From assembly GCA_963707025.1 (NCBI GenBank), contig CAVPOM010000012.1, forward strand, positions 64,001 to 128,000: a stretch of 64,000 bases of DNA. The letters run 5' to 3'. The notes under the pieces were generated by a model. That model saw only the letters and a list, made by a program, of their open reading frames with translations. It was not told where the DNA came from and ran no database searches. Made by a program: the position numbers and the translations under genes. This DNA is from an uncultured Verrucomicrobiae bacterium. Lineage in GTDB: Bacteria; Verrucomicrobiota; Verrucomicrobiia; Limisphaerales; Palsa-1400. Shown here in pieces: positions 1 through 11,000 of this stretch (position 1 is the stretch's first letter; the number at the start of each line of letters is the position of its first letter).

Positions 1-162
1 TTTTTTTGTTTTTCATGCCTGCCTTGTGGCAGGTTCAAATGGTCAAGCCAACACTTTTTTCCAATTTCCTGTGGGATGGCTGTGAAAGCAATTCATGTCT
101 GACAAAACCGCCCTCGTCAAAGCCTGCGCATTGTGAAATTGATTTGACAGGCATATGCCGCG

Positions 163-699
163 TTACACCGACTGGCCCGGTTCGGCGATCCCGCGCCGCT
201 CGCTTCCGGAATGCAACGGAGGCTTCATCGCGGGATTCGCTGCAGACGGTTTGTTGAACCCTTTCCCAGGATGCAGTATCAAAGGCGAGATGGCCAGGCC
301 AAATGACAAACCACAACCACCCATCCACAAGCAAATCAATGCCACACCAACGTCCTCAGCGGATGACTCTCCGAGAGACAACATCTTCTCCATGTAGTGG
401 TTGACGGGGCGCAGCTCGCCAAGGAGCCCCATGAACTGCTCCAGAGCGAACAAGCAGGCCACAATGGACGCGATAATCCAGAACACACGAACCACCCGCC
501 GATTCACAAGGTGGGCCAGCAAAGCAATAATCCAGAATAGCAGCGCAATGGCGGCCACCATAATGCTCACACCATCAGGACCTCCTTCGTTGTGTGCCCA
601 ATATTCCGTATGACTCCAGACAAGCCAAACGCCCAGCATCAAAGAACAGATGGCGACCTCAGCAAGGCACAGAAATCTCAAATCTCTTAGAATCTTCAT
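163..699 (-). CDS. hypothetical membrane protein
   Basis: 178-aa ORF with about 4 hydrophobic segments; lower GC than neighbours. Confidence 0.6.
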   Translation of the reverse strand: MKILRDLRFLCLAEVAICSLMLGVWLVWSHTEYWAHNEGGPDGVSIMVAAIALLFWIIALLAHLVNRRVVRVFWIIASIVACLFALEQFMGLLGELRPVNHYMEKMLSLGESSAEDVGVALICLWMGGCGLSFGLAISPLILHPGKGFNKPSAANPAMKPPLHSGSERRGIAEPGQSV

Positions 700-875
700 T
701 TGTTCACCGAGGCTTTAACAGTGTAGCTGCCGAGCCCTGGATTGCAAGCCCTCACATTTAGCCAAGCCGTGCGCGGGTCGCGGTGCGAAAGAAGCAATTC
801 ATGGCTCGCTAAACCGGATTCAAGGCGGTATTCTGGTTGAAAAGTGGAGGGGCAAAGGGGACACGCGCCAAAAAC

Positions 876-2287
876 ATGCCGGATCAAAAACAGGAATTGC
901 TGCGAGAGCTGCCAGCCATCACGAATTTGCTGAAAAGCGAAACCGCCGCCCGCTGGCTCCGGCAACATCCGCAGCCGCTCGTGACCGAATGTCTGCGCCG
1001 CGCGCTGGCCGGATTGCGCGAGCAAATCCTCCACGGCGGGGCCGCCGCCGGCGGCGCGCCCCCCATCACCGCTGAGGCGGCGCTGGCGCAGGCGGACAAA
1101 TTGCTCCAGCACGCCACCGAGCCGCATGTGCGCGAAGCCATCAACGCCACCGGCATCATCCTGCACACCGGCCTGGGCCGCGCCGTTCTGCCGGAAGGCG
1201 TGGTGGACTCGATGATGGGCGGGTTGAAGGGTTATTGCACGCTGGCGGTGGACCGGGAATCGGGCGAACGCGCCGAGCGCGATGAATTGGTGGAATACAT
1301 TCTGACGGAGCTGACCGGGGCGGAGGCGGCCACAGTCGTCAACAACAACGCCGCCGCCACTCTGCTCGTCCTCGCCGCGCTGGCCGCGCCCAGGGAAGTC
1401 ATCGTCTCCCGCGGACAGCTCATTGAAATCGGCGGTTCCTTCCGCCTGCCGGAAGTGATGGCGCAGAGCGGCGCGCGGCTCGTCGAAGTGGGCGCGACCA
1501 ACCGCACCCATCTAAAGGATTACCAAAAAGCCGTCACGGAAAACACCGCCGCCATCCTGCGGGTCCATCCCAGCAATTATCGCGTCGTCGGTTTCACCAG
1601 CGAAGTCGCCCTGCGCCAACTGGCCGAACTGGCCCACGAGCCGCCATTTGATTTTGATGGATGATCTCGGCGCGGGCGCGCTGGTGGATTTGCAACCATT
1701 CGGCCTGCCCCACGAGCCGACCGTGCGCGAATCCATCCAGGCCGGCGCGGACGTCGTCCTGTTCAGCGGCGACAAACTCATCGGGGCCGGCCAGTGCGGC
1801 GTGATCGTGGGACGAAAGGCCTTGATTGAAAAGCTCCGCAAACATCCCCTCATGCGCGCCGTCCGCGTGGACAAGACCTGCCTGATGGTTCTGGAGCGGA
1901 CGTTGCAATTGTTCCGCGACCCGGCACGGCTGCCGCGCGAACATCCGACCTACCGCATGATCTGCACGCCGCCGGACGCCCTGAAAGCGCGGGCCAAAAA
2001 ACTCGCGCGCCTGATTTCCGCCGCGGCCCCCGCCGCCACAACTGAAATCGCCCAAAGCCAGGCCTTTCTCGGCAGCGGCTCGCTGCCGACGGAGGCGCTT
2101 GCCAGTTTTGTCGTGACGGTTTCCCTGCCGGAAATGAGCGCCTCCGATCTGGCGCGCAAGCTGCGGCTGGATCGCGCCTGCGTTTTTGGCCGCATCGAAA
2201 ACGACCGCGTCTGCCTGGATGTCCGCACTTTGGCCGACGAACAAGTGCCGGCGGTCGCCGCCGCGTTTGGCCGGCGTCGCCCCATGA
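876..2287 (+). CDS. selA: L-seryl-tRNA(Sec) selenium transferase (frameshifts near 1640 and 2266, probably sequencing errors)
   Basis: [49 protein letters not shown] (PLP lysine) across ORFs 837-1664 and 1648-2532; removing one T near 2266 gives ...ALAGVAP-TGA overlapping the selB ATG. Confidence 0.93.
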
Positions 2288-4236
2288 CTGCGCTGCGCCG
2301 CAACATCATGCTCGGCACCGCCGGGCACGTGGACCACGGCAAAAGCGCGCTGGTGAAACTGCTCACCGGTTGCGAAACCGACACGCTGGCCGAGGAAAAA
2401 CAGCGCGGCCTGACCATTGACCTCGGCTTCGCGCCCTTGCCAACTGGCCGACAAACGCGTGGTCGGCGTGGTGGATGTGCCCGGCCACGTGGATTTCATC
2501 CGCAACATGGTCGCCGGCGCGCACGGCATTGACGTGGTCATTTTTGTCGTCGCGGCCGACGACGGCATCATGCCGCAAACGCACGAGCACCTGCACATTC
2601 TCACCCTGATGGGCCTGCGCCACGGGCTGGTGGCGCTGACGAAAATGGATCTGGTGGACGCCGCCCGGCGGGATTTTGTGGTCCAGGATTTGCGCCGGCT
2701 GCTGGCGGAAACGTTTCTGGCGGACGCGCCCATTTGTCCGGTCTCCAACATCACCTGCGAAGGGTTCGACGATTTTTTTGAGGCGCTGAACCGGGCAGTG
2801 GATGCGTGCGGGGACCGGCCTTGCGCCGGGCCTTTCCGGTTGTGGGTGGAGGATGCCTTCTCCATCCGCGGCACGGGCACGGTCGTCACCGGCATTCCCA
2901 CGCATGGCCGGGTGCGCCCCGGCGACGAACTGCATCTGTTGCCCGCCGGCCTGGCCGGGCACGTCCGCCGGATGCAGGTTTACGGCGAGGACGCCGCGGA
3001 AGGAAGCGCCGGGCGAATGCGTCGCGCTGAACCTTCCGGAACTGGACCACGAAGCCGTGCGCCGCGGCATGGCTGCTCTGTCAAACCAACTTGTTCGAGC
3101 CGGCCACGCTGGCCGAGGCGGAATTGCAAATTCTCAAATCCATCCCGGGCAAAATCGAGGACTACCTCGAAGTCCAGCTCCATGTTGGAACCGCCTCGGT
3201 GTCGGCGCGCTTGGCCATGCTGGAAAACCCCGCCATGACCGGCGGGCAACGGCAATTTGTCCAGCTTCGCCTCGCCGCGCCGCTGCCGCTCGTGCCCGGG
3301 GACCGGTTTGTGGTGCGGGCCAATGTCGCCGCGGCGGGCGGCGGCGGGCTGACGACCATCGGCGGCGGACAAATTCTCGGCTTGAGCAATGTGCGCTTGC
3401 GCCGGAAAAAGCCATGGACGCTCGACCTGCTCGCCTCCCGCCGCGAAGCCGTCCAGGACCCGCTGCGCTGGTGTGAACAGATGGTGTGCGAAAGCCAGCC
3501 GCCCGCCACCGTGGCCAGCCTCCAAAAAAAATGCTGGAGCCGCCCCGAGGAAATCGCCGGAGCGCTCGAACAACTGCGCGCCGAAAACCACCTGGTCCAG
3601 GCGCCCGGCGGCGGCTGGCTTCATCGGGCGGTCGTGCAAAAGATGGCGGAGAACATTCTCGCCGCCGTCCAGACTTTTCACGCGGCCAACCCGCAGCGCG
3701 CCGGCCTCAGCCGCGAAGAACTGCAGGCCGCCCTCCCATCCCATCCCGTTTTGCTGGAGGCGGCGGCGGAATCGCTGCTGGACTCCAAACAACTCGAACG
3801 CCACGGCGCCCTGCTGGCGCGGGCCGGTTGGAACGCGCGGATTCCAGACCGCGACCAGCGCCTGTGCGACCAGCTCGCCGCCCAATTGCAGCAAGGCGGC
3901 TGCTCCCCTCCGGGTTTGGCCGAACTGGCCGCCTCCGCCAACGAGCCGCTGCCGCGCGTCCTCGCCATGGCGCGATTGCTGGCGGAACGCGGCCTGGTGG
4001 CGCGGCTGGATGAGCAGATGTGGATGCACCGCGACGCCGTGGAAGCCGGCAAGCAAACCGCCCTGAAGCTTTTCACCCGCGCCCCGGCCTTTTCCACGAT
4101 GGAATTCCGCGACGCCCTCGGCGTCAGCCGCAAATTCGCCGTGCCGCTGGTGGATTACCTGGACAAAATCCGCTTCACCGTCCGCTCCGGCAACAACCGC
4201 ACTCCGGGAGCGGAGGCCAAAAAACTTTTGCCATGA
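2284..4236 (+). CDS. selB: selenocysteine-specific elongation factor (frameshifts near 2436, 3008, 3080)
   Basis: [29 protein letters not shown] GTPase motifs; C-terminal winged helix [20 protein letters not shown]. Confidence 0.93.
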
Positions 4237-5850
4237 AGATTGATTTTGCCAAACGCCGCCGCGTCATGGAGCGCTCCCAGCTTCTCGGACACTGCATCTG
4301 CGACGTGCGACGTCCCTGCCCCTGCGATCTTCTTCGCGAACAGAACCTTTGTCCCTGCGCCGGAGAGCGGCCGGAGGCCCTGGAGACGGCCGAGGTGAAA
4401 TTGACCCAACTGGTGCGCAACGCCGGCTGCGCCTCCAAGATCGCGCCCGCCGACCTGGACGCGGTGCTGGCCCGGCTGCCGGCGGTGGATGATCCGGCCG
4501 TGATTTCCGGACTGGCCGCCGCCGATGACGCGGCCATTTACCGCATTGCCGGTGATCTTTGCCTGGTGCAGACGGTGGACGTTTTCACCCCTTGCGTGGA
4601 TGACGCGCGGCTTTTCGGCAAAATCTGCGCGGCCAATTGTCTGTCGGACATCTACGCCATGGGCGGCGAACCGCGCACGGCCTTGAGCGTGCTGGCGTTC
4701 CCTTCGGAAAAACTGCCGGGCGAAATCATTTTCCAGATGCTCGACGGGGCGATGGAGGTTTTCAAGGAAGCCGGGCGTCGCCCTCGTTGGCGGACACAGC
4801 GTCAAGGATGATGAAATCAAACTCGGCTTTGCCATCACCGGCTTGATCAATCCCGCCGTGGCTGCCGCGCTGGAGAATCCCAAGGCCGGCGACGCGCTGG
4901 TCCTGACCAAGCCGCTCGGCACGGGTGTGCTGGCCTTTTGCCGCCAAATCGGGCGCGATTTTCCGGCCGGCATGGCCGCGGCTGAACTTTCCATGGCCGC
5001 GCTGAACCGGGCGGCCGCGGAGGCGATGAAGGAAGCGGGCGCGTCGGCCTGCACGGACATCACCGGCTTCGGCCTCTTCGCGCATCTGCTGCGCCTGCTG
5101 CGGGCGGGCGGACTCGGCGCGGAAGTTTTCGCCGATGCGCTGCCGGCCTTCGACGGTGCGCTGGAGGCCCTGCGGCAGGGCGTGATTCCGGGCGCGATTG
5201 AGCGCAACCGCGAGTATGTCGGCGACGCGCTGCGCCTGGCCCCGGGCGTGGAGGAGGCGGCGGTGAACCTGGGGTTCGACGCGCAGACTTCCGGCGGATT
5301 GCTCATCGCCGTTCCCAGGGAGCGGCTGGAAAGCTTGCGGCAATCCCTGGCCCGGCGCGGCGCCGGCCGTGCTGTCATCGGCCAAATCGTGGCTGGCGCC
5401 GCCGGCCAAATTTTCCTTTCCCCGGCCGGCCTAAACGCGGCGCCCATGGCCAAATCCAATTCAGCCATTGAACCACAGCAAATTGAATCCATGAAAACAC
5501 CCGCAAAAAATTCTCCGGCCCAGCACGAGGCTTGCTGCGCGGACGTGTTCCAAAACCAAAGCGCGGCCGGTTCCGCCGCCGAATCGCAAAAGGCTTTTGG
5601 CGGCCTGATGCGGTCGGTGCAATCGGCCGGCGCGCTGGATGAAAAGACCAAGGAACTCATTCTGTTCAGTCTGGTCGTGGCCAGCCGCTGCCAGCCGTGT
5701 TTTGAGGCGCACGCGCGCAAGGCGCGCGAGTTGGGCATCCCCCAGTCGGAACTGGACGAGGCGGCCTGGTGCGCCATCGCCCTGGGCGGCGCGCCCGTCA
5801 AGATGTTCTATCAGGAAAACCGGGAGCGGATTCAATCCGGCGCATCCTGA
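4233..5850 (+). CDS. selD: selenide, water dikinase (Cys form) with N-terminal Cys-rich extension and C-terminal AhpD/CMD-like domain (frameshift near 4772)
   Basis: GCASK, DDAAIY, QTVDVFTP, AANCLSDIYAMGG, GGHS, LTKPLGTG, TDITGFGL, DAQTSGGLL; C-terminal LDEKTKELILFSLVVASRCQPCFEAH. Confidence 0.9.
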
Positions 5851-5914
5851 CATTTTTCCTGCATTCGGGGAGCGCGCGCCCCCCGGCAAGGCTGTTATGC
5901 TTAAGATCAGGCTC

Positions 5915-7426
5915 TTAAGCAGCCCAGCCGCGGCGGTTGGCCCGGCGGACATATTGGGCGGCTTCCGGGTGGCTGGGGGAAATCATCTTCGGGCCGTCCC
6001 ATTCCATTTTCTTGCCGGGGCCGACGCGCAGGGCGACGCAGCCCAGCAAAATGATTTCGGTCAGATAGGCGGCGATGTCGAAGTTGGAGTAGGCCGGAGG
6101 GCCTCCCCGCATCATGCGAATCCACTCTTCCTTGTGGCCCGGCGAATGCGGGAATTTCGTTGGCACGGCCTTGGCCGCCGGATGGTTGCGCATGTCGGTA
6201 TATTCTTTTTCCTCCTTGAGCATGATATAGGATTCGGTGCCGTAATCGTCGGGTGAGAACAGCATGCCCTTGTCGCCCACGAGCAGGGCGCCGGCCGAGG
6301 GCAAACTCTTTGGTTTGCCTCTTTCCGGCGGTTTGACGTCCCAAGTCTCCTTGGTCAGGGCGGGAGGAGGGCGCAACGGGGTGGTGTTGCGGTGGTCGGG
6401 ATTGCCGTCGTACCACCAGAACTTCAACGGCACCATGCCTTCCCGCTCTGGAAATTCAAAGCGGATGCGGGAGGTTTCGGGGAAAGTCTCCGGAAACATT
6501 TCCGACGATTCTTCCAGTTCGACCACGGTGGGGTAGCCGAGTTTGAGGGCGCGGGAGGGCATGTTGACCGTATGGCAGGCCATGTCGCCCAAGGCGCCGC
6601 AGCCGAAGTCATACCAACCGCGCCAGGCAAAGCCATGATAAGTGCCGCTCTTGAAAGGACGCAGTTTGGCGGGGCCGATCCAAAGGTCCCAATCCAGCGT
6701 GGCCGGCCAGACATCGGCGCGGGTCGGACGGTTGAGGCCCTGATCCCAGACCGGGCGGTTGGTCCAGACATGCAGTTCGCTGACATTGCCAATGACGCCC
6801 GCCTGCACCACCTCGACGGCGCGGCGCAATCCGTTGCTGGCACTGCCCTGGTTGCCCATTTGCGTGGCCAGATTCTTCGCCTTGGCCAAGTCCCGCACCT
6901 GGCGGGCTTCATAGACGGTCTGGGTGAGCGGCTTTTGGCAAAAGACATGCTTGCCCATATTGAGGGCGAACAGGGTGGCGATGGCATGGTTATGGTCGGG
7001 AATGGTCACCGTCACCGCGTCAATGGATTTATCCATTTCCGTCAGCATGGTGCGGAAATCACTGTACTTCCTGGCCTCGGGAACTCTCGCGGCCATTTTG
7101 TCCACATGCTCCTTGTCCACGTCGCAAAGGGCGACGAGGTTGACGTTGCTGTTGGTCTTCTGGCTGATGCCGATAATATCCCCCGTGTCGCTCTCCCCCT
7201 GGCCGCCGACGCCGATGCAGGCGACGTTAATTCTATCATTCGCCCCCCTGACGTTGCCGATGTAGGGAGCGGCGACCGGGGCGGCCGGGGCCTTGGGCTT
7301 GGTCACACAGGAGGCAAACGACGCGGCCGCCACCGCCAGGGCGCTGGCGCGCAAAAATTCGCGGCGGGATTGAGGCGGCAAGACGCTGGATTTATTTTCC
7401 TTGGAACCAGTTTTCTTTGTTTTCAT
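5915..7426 (-). CDS. Gfo/Idh/MocA-family oxidoreductase, Tat-exported
   Basis: SRREFL twin-arginine signal; IGVGGQG; PDHNH, HVFCQKPL, GALGDMACH. Confidence 0.9.
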   Translation of the reverse strand: MKTKKTGSKENKSSVLPPQSRREFLRASALAVAAASFASCVTKPKAPAAPVAAPYIGNVRGANDRINVACIGVGGQGESDTGDIIGISQKTNSNVNLVALCDVDKEHVDKMAARVPEARKYSDFRTMLTEMDKSIDAVTVTIPDHNHAIATLFALNMGKHVFCQKPLTQTVYEARQVRDLAKAKNLATQMGNQGSASNGLRRAVEVVQAGVIGNVSELHVWTNRPVWDQGLNRPTRADVWPATLDWDLWIGPAKLRPFKSGTYHGFAWRGWYDFGCGALGDMACHTVNMPSRALKLGYPTVVELEESSEMFPETFPETSRIRFEFPEREGMVPLKFWWYDGNPDHRNTTPLRPPPALTKETWDVKPPERGKPKSLPSAGALLVGDKGMLFSPDDYGTESYIMLKEEKEYTDMRNHPAAKAVPTKFPHSPGHKEEWIRMMRGGPPAYSNFDIAAYLTEIILLGCVALRVGPGKKMEWDGPKMISPSHPEAAQYVRRANRRGWAA

Positions 7427-7514
7427 AAGCACATCTTAGGGAAGACCAAATCGAAATCAAAGTTTTTTTAACGGGAAATGCCATTGGGCGCGTGGCCCCC
7501 CCCAGGGGCCGGAA

Positions 7515-7574
7515 GTGAAACTAGGTGAAATTAGGCGAAACCAGGTGAAACTAGGTGAAATTAACTGAAATTGA
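7515..7574. repeat. six imperfect 10-bp tandem repeats (consensus GTGAAAYTAG)
   Basis: gtgaaactag gtgaaattag gcgaaaccag gtgaaactag gtgaaattaa ctgaaattga. Confidence 0.85.
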
Positions 7575-7767
7575 CCGGTGGAACCTCCGCCTGAGCACGG
7601 CGGGTTGGAAGGCGGCCCCGCCTTCGCCAAGACAAGGCTGCGGCAGCCAGGGGAAACCCCGTTTGCCTCCTGGCGCAGTCTGACTTTTTTTGTCTGGCCC
7701 ATGCCCCTCTTCACTATGGAAAGATAACAGTTGCATAGAAATTGTCAACGGGAATTTTGCAAAAAGA

Positions 7768-7822
7768 GACCTCTGCAAACGCCTGTAGCGGCGGTCTGTG
7801 ACCGTCGCCATGCCGTTATTTC
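7768..7822. repeat. half copy of GTAG-type REP doublet family G1
   Basis: gacctctgcaaa...tgtagcggcggtctgtgaccg matches 13583-13703 and 40285-40401. Confidence 0.75.
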
Positions 7823-7913
7823 GGCAGGGCTTTAATTTCATTGTTGTAGTGTCGGCGCTGTGCGCCGAAGTCGAGCCACAGGCTCGACTCTACACCAAAA
7901 TAAGGCACTGCCG
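7822..7913. repeat. GTAG-type REP doublet/MITE family G2
   Basis: tgtagtgtcggcgctgtgcgccgaagtcgagccacaggctcgactctaca with terminal IR cggcag../..aaggcactgccg; inverted copy at 27768-27853, partial copy at 47089-47140. Confidence 0.75.
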
Positions 7914-8069
7914 AAATCCGGGCTAGTGTAAATGTTTCGTACGGAAGTCATGTAAAGCGTCCCAAACCAAGGCGTCCTGCTTTTTCGCAAAATGCGAAAG
8001 TCAGGGCATTCCTCCTCGTAGAACAAGGCGGATAAAGGAAGTGGCAACACATCTGCTAGAAGCGCAGCC

Positions 8070-11000
8070 ATGACACGAATCGTTAGGAGGCTATTGCTGC
8101 TGTTTCTAATAATGGGCGCCAGCACCCAACTCAAAGGACAATCAGTGACTCTCGCGTGGAACGCGGACTCCGATCCGGCTGCGACCGGCTACACCATTTA
8201 CTGGGGCACGGTGTCGGGAAACTACGTGGATTCTGAAGACACCGGAACAAATACCACCGTCACGATCACTAACCTCACTGCCGGGACCACCTACTATTTT
8301 GCCGTGACAGCTTACGATGGAGTGGGAGACGAAAGCAGCGACTCGACAGAGGTTGCCTATACAGTGCCGGCAGGGACAGGAACGACTTTCACCTTCGCGA
8401 GCTTGAACCAAACCTACAACGGAGCGCCAGAGAGCGTCGCGGTGACAACAATTCCGGCGAACGTGCCGGTGACGGTAACCTACAACGGTAGCAGCACCGC
8501 GCCGGTCAACGCGGGCGCCTACACGGTGGTGGCGACGGCGCAAAGCCCGGGATCAGGCAGCGCCACCAACACACTCATCATCAGCCCGGCGGCAGCCACC
8601 GTCAGGTTGAGCAACCTATTCGCCACCTACAACGGCAGCGCCCAAGCGGTCACAGTGACCACCAGCCCGGCCGGGCTGGCCACCACCACCACCTACAACG
8701 GCAGCGCCTCCTTCCCCATCAACGTCGGAAGCTACGCGGTGCTCAGCACCATCAACAACTCCAATTACACCGGCAGCGCCACCACCACGCTGGTCATCAC
8801 CCCGGGGGCAGCCACCGTCACCTTGAGCGGCCTGTCCGCCGCCTACAACGGCAGCGCCCACGCGGTCACAGTGACCACAAGCCCGGCCGGGCTGGCTACC
8901 ACCACCACCTACAACGGCAGCGCCTCCGCCCCCATCAACGTCGGAAGCTACGCGGTGCTCAGCACCATCAACAACTCCAATTACACCGGCAGCGCCAGCG
9001 GAACCCTGGTGATCTCGGGCACCAACGCCACCGTGGTCCTGGGCAACCTGGCGCAGATTTACACCGGGAGCGCATGCCCGGTTACCGCCACCACAACGCC
9101 CAGCGGGCTGGCCGTCAATCTCCAGTACAACGGGAGCGGCAGCGCGCCCACCAACTGCGGGAACTACACCGTGGTGGGGACCATCAGCAGCACGAACTAC
9201 TCCGGCAGCGCCAGCGCCACGCTGGTCATCACTCCGGCGGCAGCCACCGTCACCTTGAGCGGCCTGTCCGCCGCCTACAACGGCAGCGCCCACGCGGTCA
9301 CGGTGACCACAAGCCCGGCCGGGCTGGCTACCACCACCACCTACAACGGCAGCGCCTCCGCCCCCATCAATGTCGGGAGCTACGCAGTGCTCAGCACCAT
9401 CAACAACTCCAATTACACCGGCAGCGCCAGCGGAACCCTGGTGATCTCGGGCACCACCGCCAGCGTGGTCCTGGGTAACCTGGCGCAGATTTACACCGGG
9501 AGCGCATGCCCGGTTACCGCCACAACAACGCCCAGCGGGCTGGCCGTCAACCTCCAGTACAACGGGAGCAGTAGCACGCCCACCAATTGTGGGAACTACA
9601 CCGTGGTGGGGACCATCAGCAGCACGAACTACTCCGGCAGCGCCAGCGCCACGCTGGTCATCACTCCGGCGGCAGCCACCGTCACCTTGAGCGGCCTGTC
9701 CGCCGCCTACAACGGCAGCGCCCACGCGGTCACGGTGACCACAAGCCCGGCCGGGCTGGCTACCACCACCACCTACAACGGCAGCGCCTCCGCCCCCATC
9801 AACGTCGGAAGCTACGCGGTGCTCAGCACCATCAACAACTTCAATTACACCGGCAGCGCCAGCGGAACCCTGGTGATCTCGGGCACCAACGCCACCGTGG
9901 CCCTGGGTAACCTGGCGCAGATTTACACCGGGAGCGCATGCCCGGTCACCGCCACCACCACACCCAGCGGGCTGGCCGTCAATCTCCAGTACAACGGGAG
10001 CGGCAGCGCGCCCACCAACTGCGGGAACTACACCGTGGTGGGGACCATCAGCAGCACGAACTACTCCGGCAGCGCCAGCGCCACGCTGGTCATCAGCCCG
10101 GCGGCAGCCACCGTCATCTTGAGCAACCTATGCGCCACCTACAACGGCAGCGCCCAAGCGGTCACGGTGATCACCAGCCCGGCCGGTCTGGCCACCACCA
10201 CCACCTACAACGGCAGCGCCTCCGCCCCCATCAATGTCGGGAGCTACGCAGTGCTCAGCACCATCAACAACTCCAATTACACCGGCAGCGCCAGCGGAAC
10301 CCTGGTGATCTCGGGCACCACCGCCAGCGTGGTCCTGGGTAACCTGGCGCAGATTTACACCGGGAGCGCATGCCCGGTCACCGCCACCACAACGCCCAGC
10401 GGGCTGGCCGTCAATCTCCAGTACAACGGGAGCGGCAGCGCGCCCACCAACTGCGGGAACTACACCGTGGTGGGGACCATCGGCAGCACCAACTACTCCG
10501 GCAGCGCCAGCGCCACGCTGGTCATCAGCCCGGCGGCAGCCACCGTCATCTTGAGCAACCTATGCGCCACCTACAACGGCAGCGCCCAAGCGGTCACGGT
10601 GATCACCAGCCCGGCCGGACTGGCCACCACCACCACCTACAACGGCAGCGCCTCCTTCCCCATCAACGTCGGAAGCTACGCAGTGCTCAGCACCATCAAC
10701 AACTCCAATTACACCGGCAGCACCAACGGAACCCTGGTGATCTCGGGCACCACCGCCAGCGTGGTCCTGGGCAACCTGGCGCAGATCTACACCGGGAACG
10801 CATGCCCGGTCACCGCCACCACAACGCCCAGCGGGCTGGCCGTCAACCTCCAGTACAACGGGAGCGGCAGCGCGCCCACCAACTGCGGGAACTACACCGT
10901 GGTGGGGACCATCAGCAGCACCAGCTACTCCGGCAGCGCCACCAACACGCTGCTCATCAGCCCGGCCACGGCCACCGTCACCTTGGGCGGACTAAACCAG

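Noticed and set aside
1648..2532. Apparent SelA-SelB fusion ORF
   Set aside because: One extra T near 2266 explains it; the corrected selA ends at the ATGA overlapping the selB start, as at the selB-selD junction
8580..10980. CRISPR-like array
   Set aside because: The repeats are in-frame coding units without unique spacers; no cas genes seen
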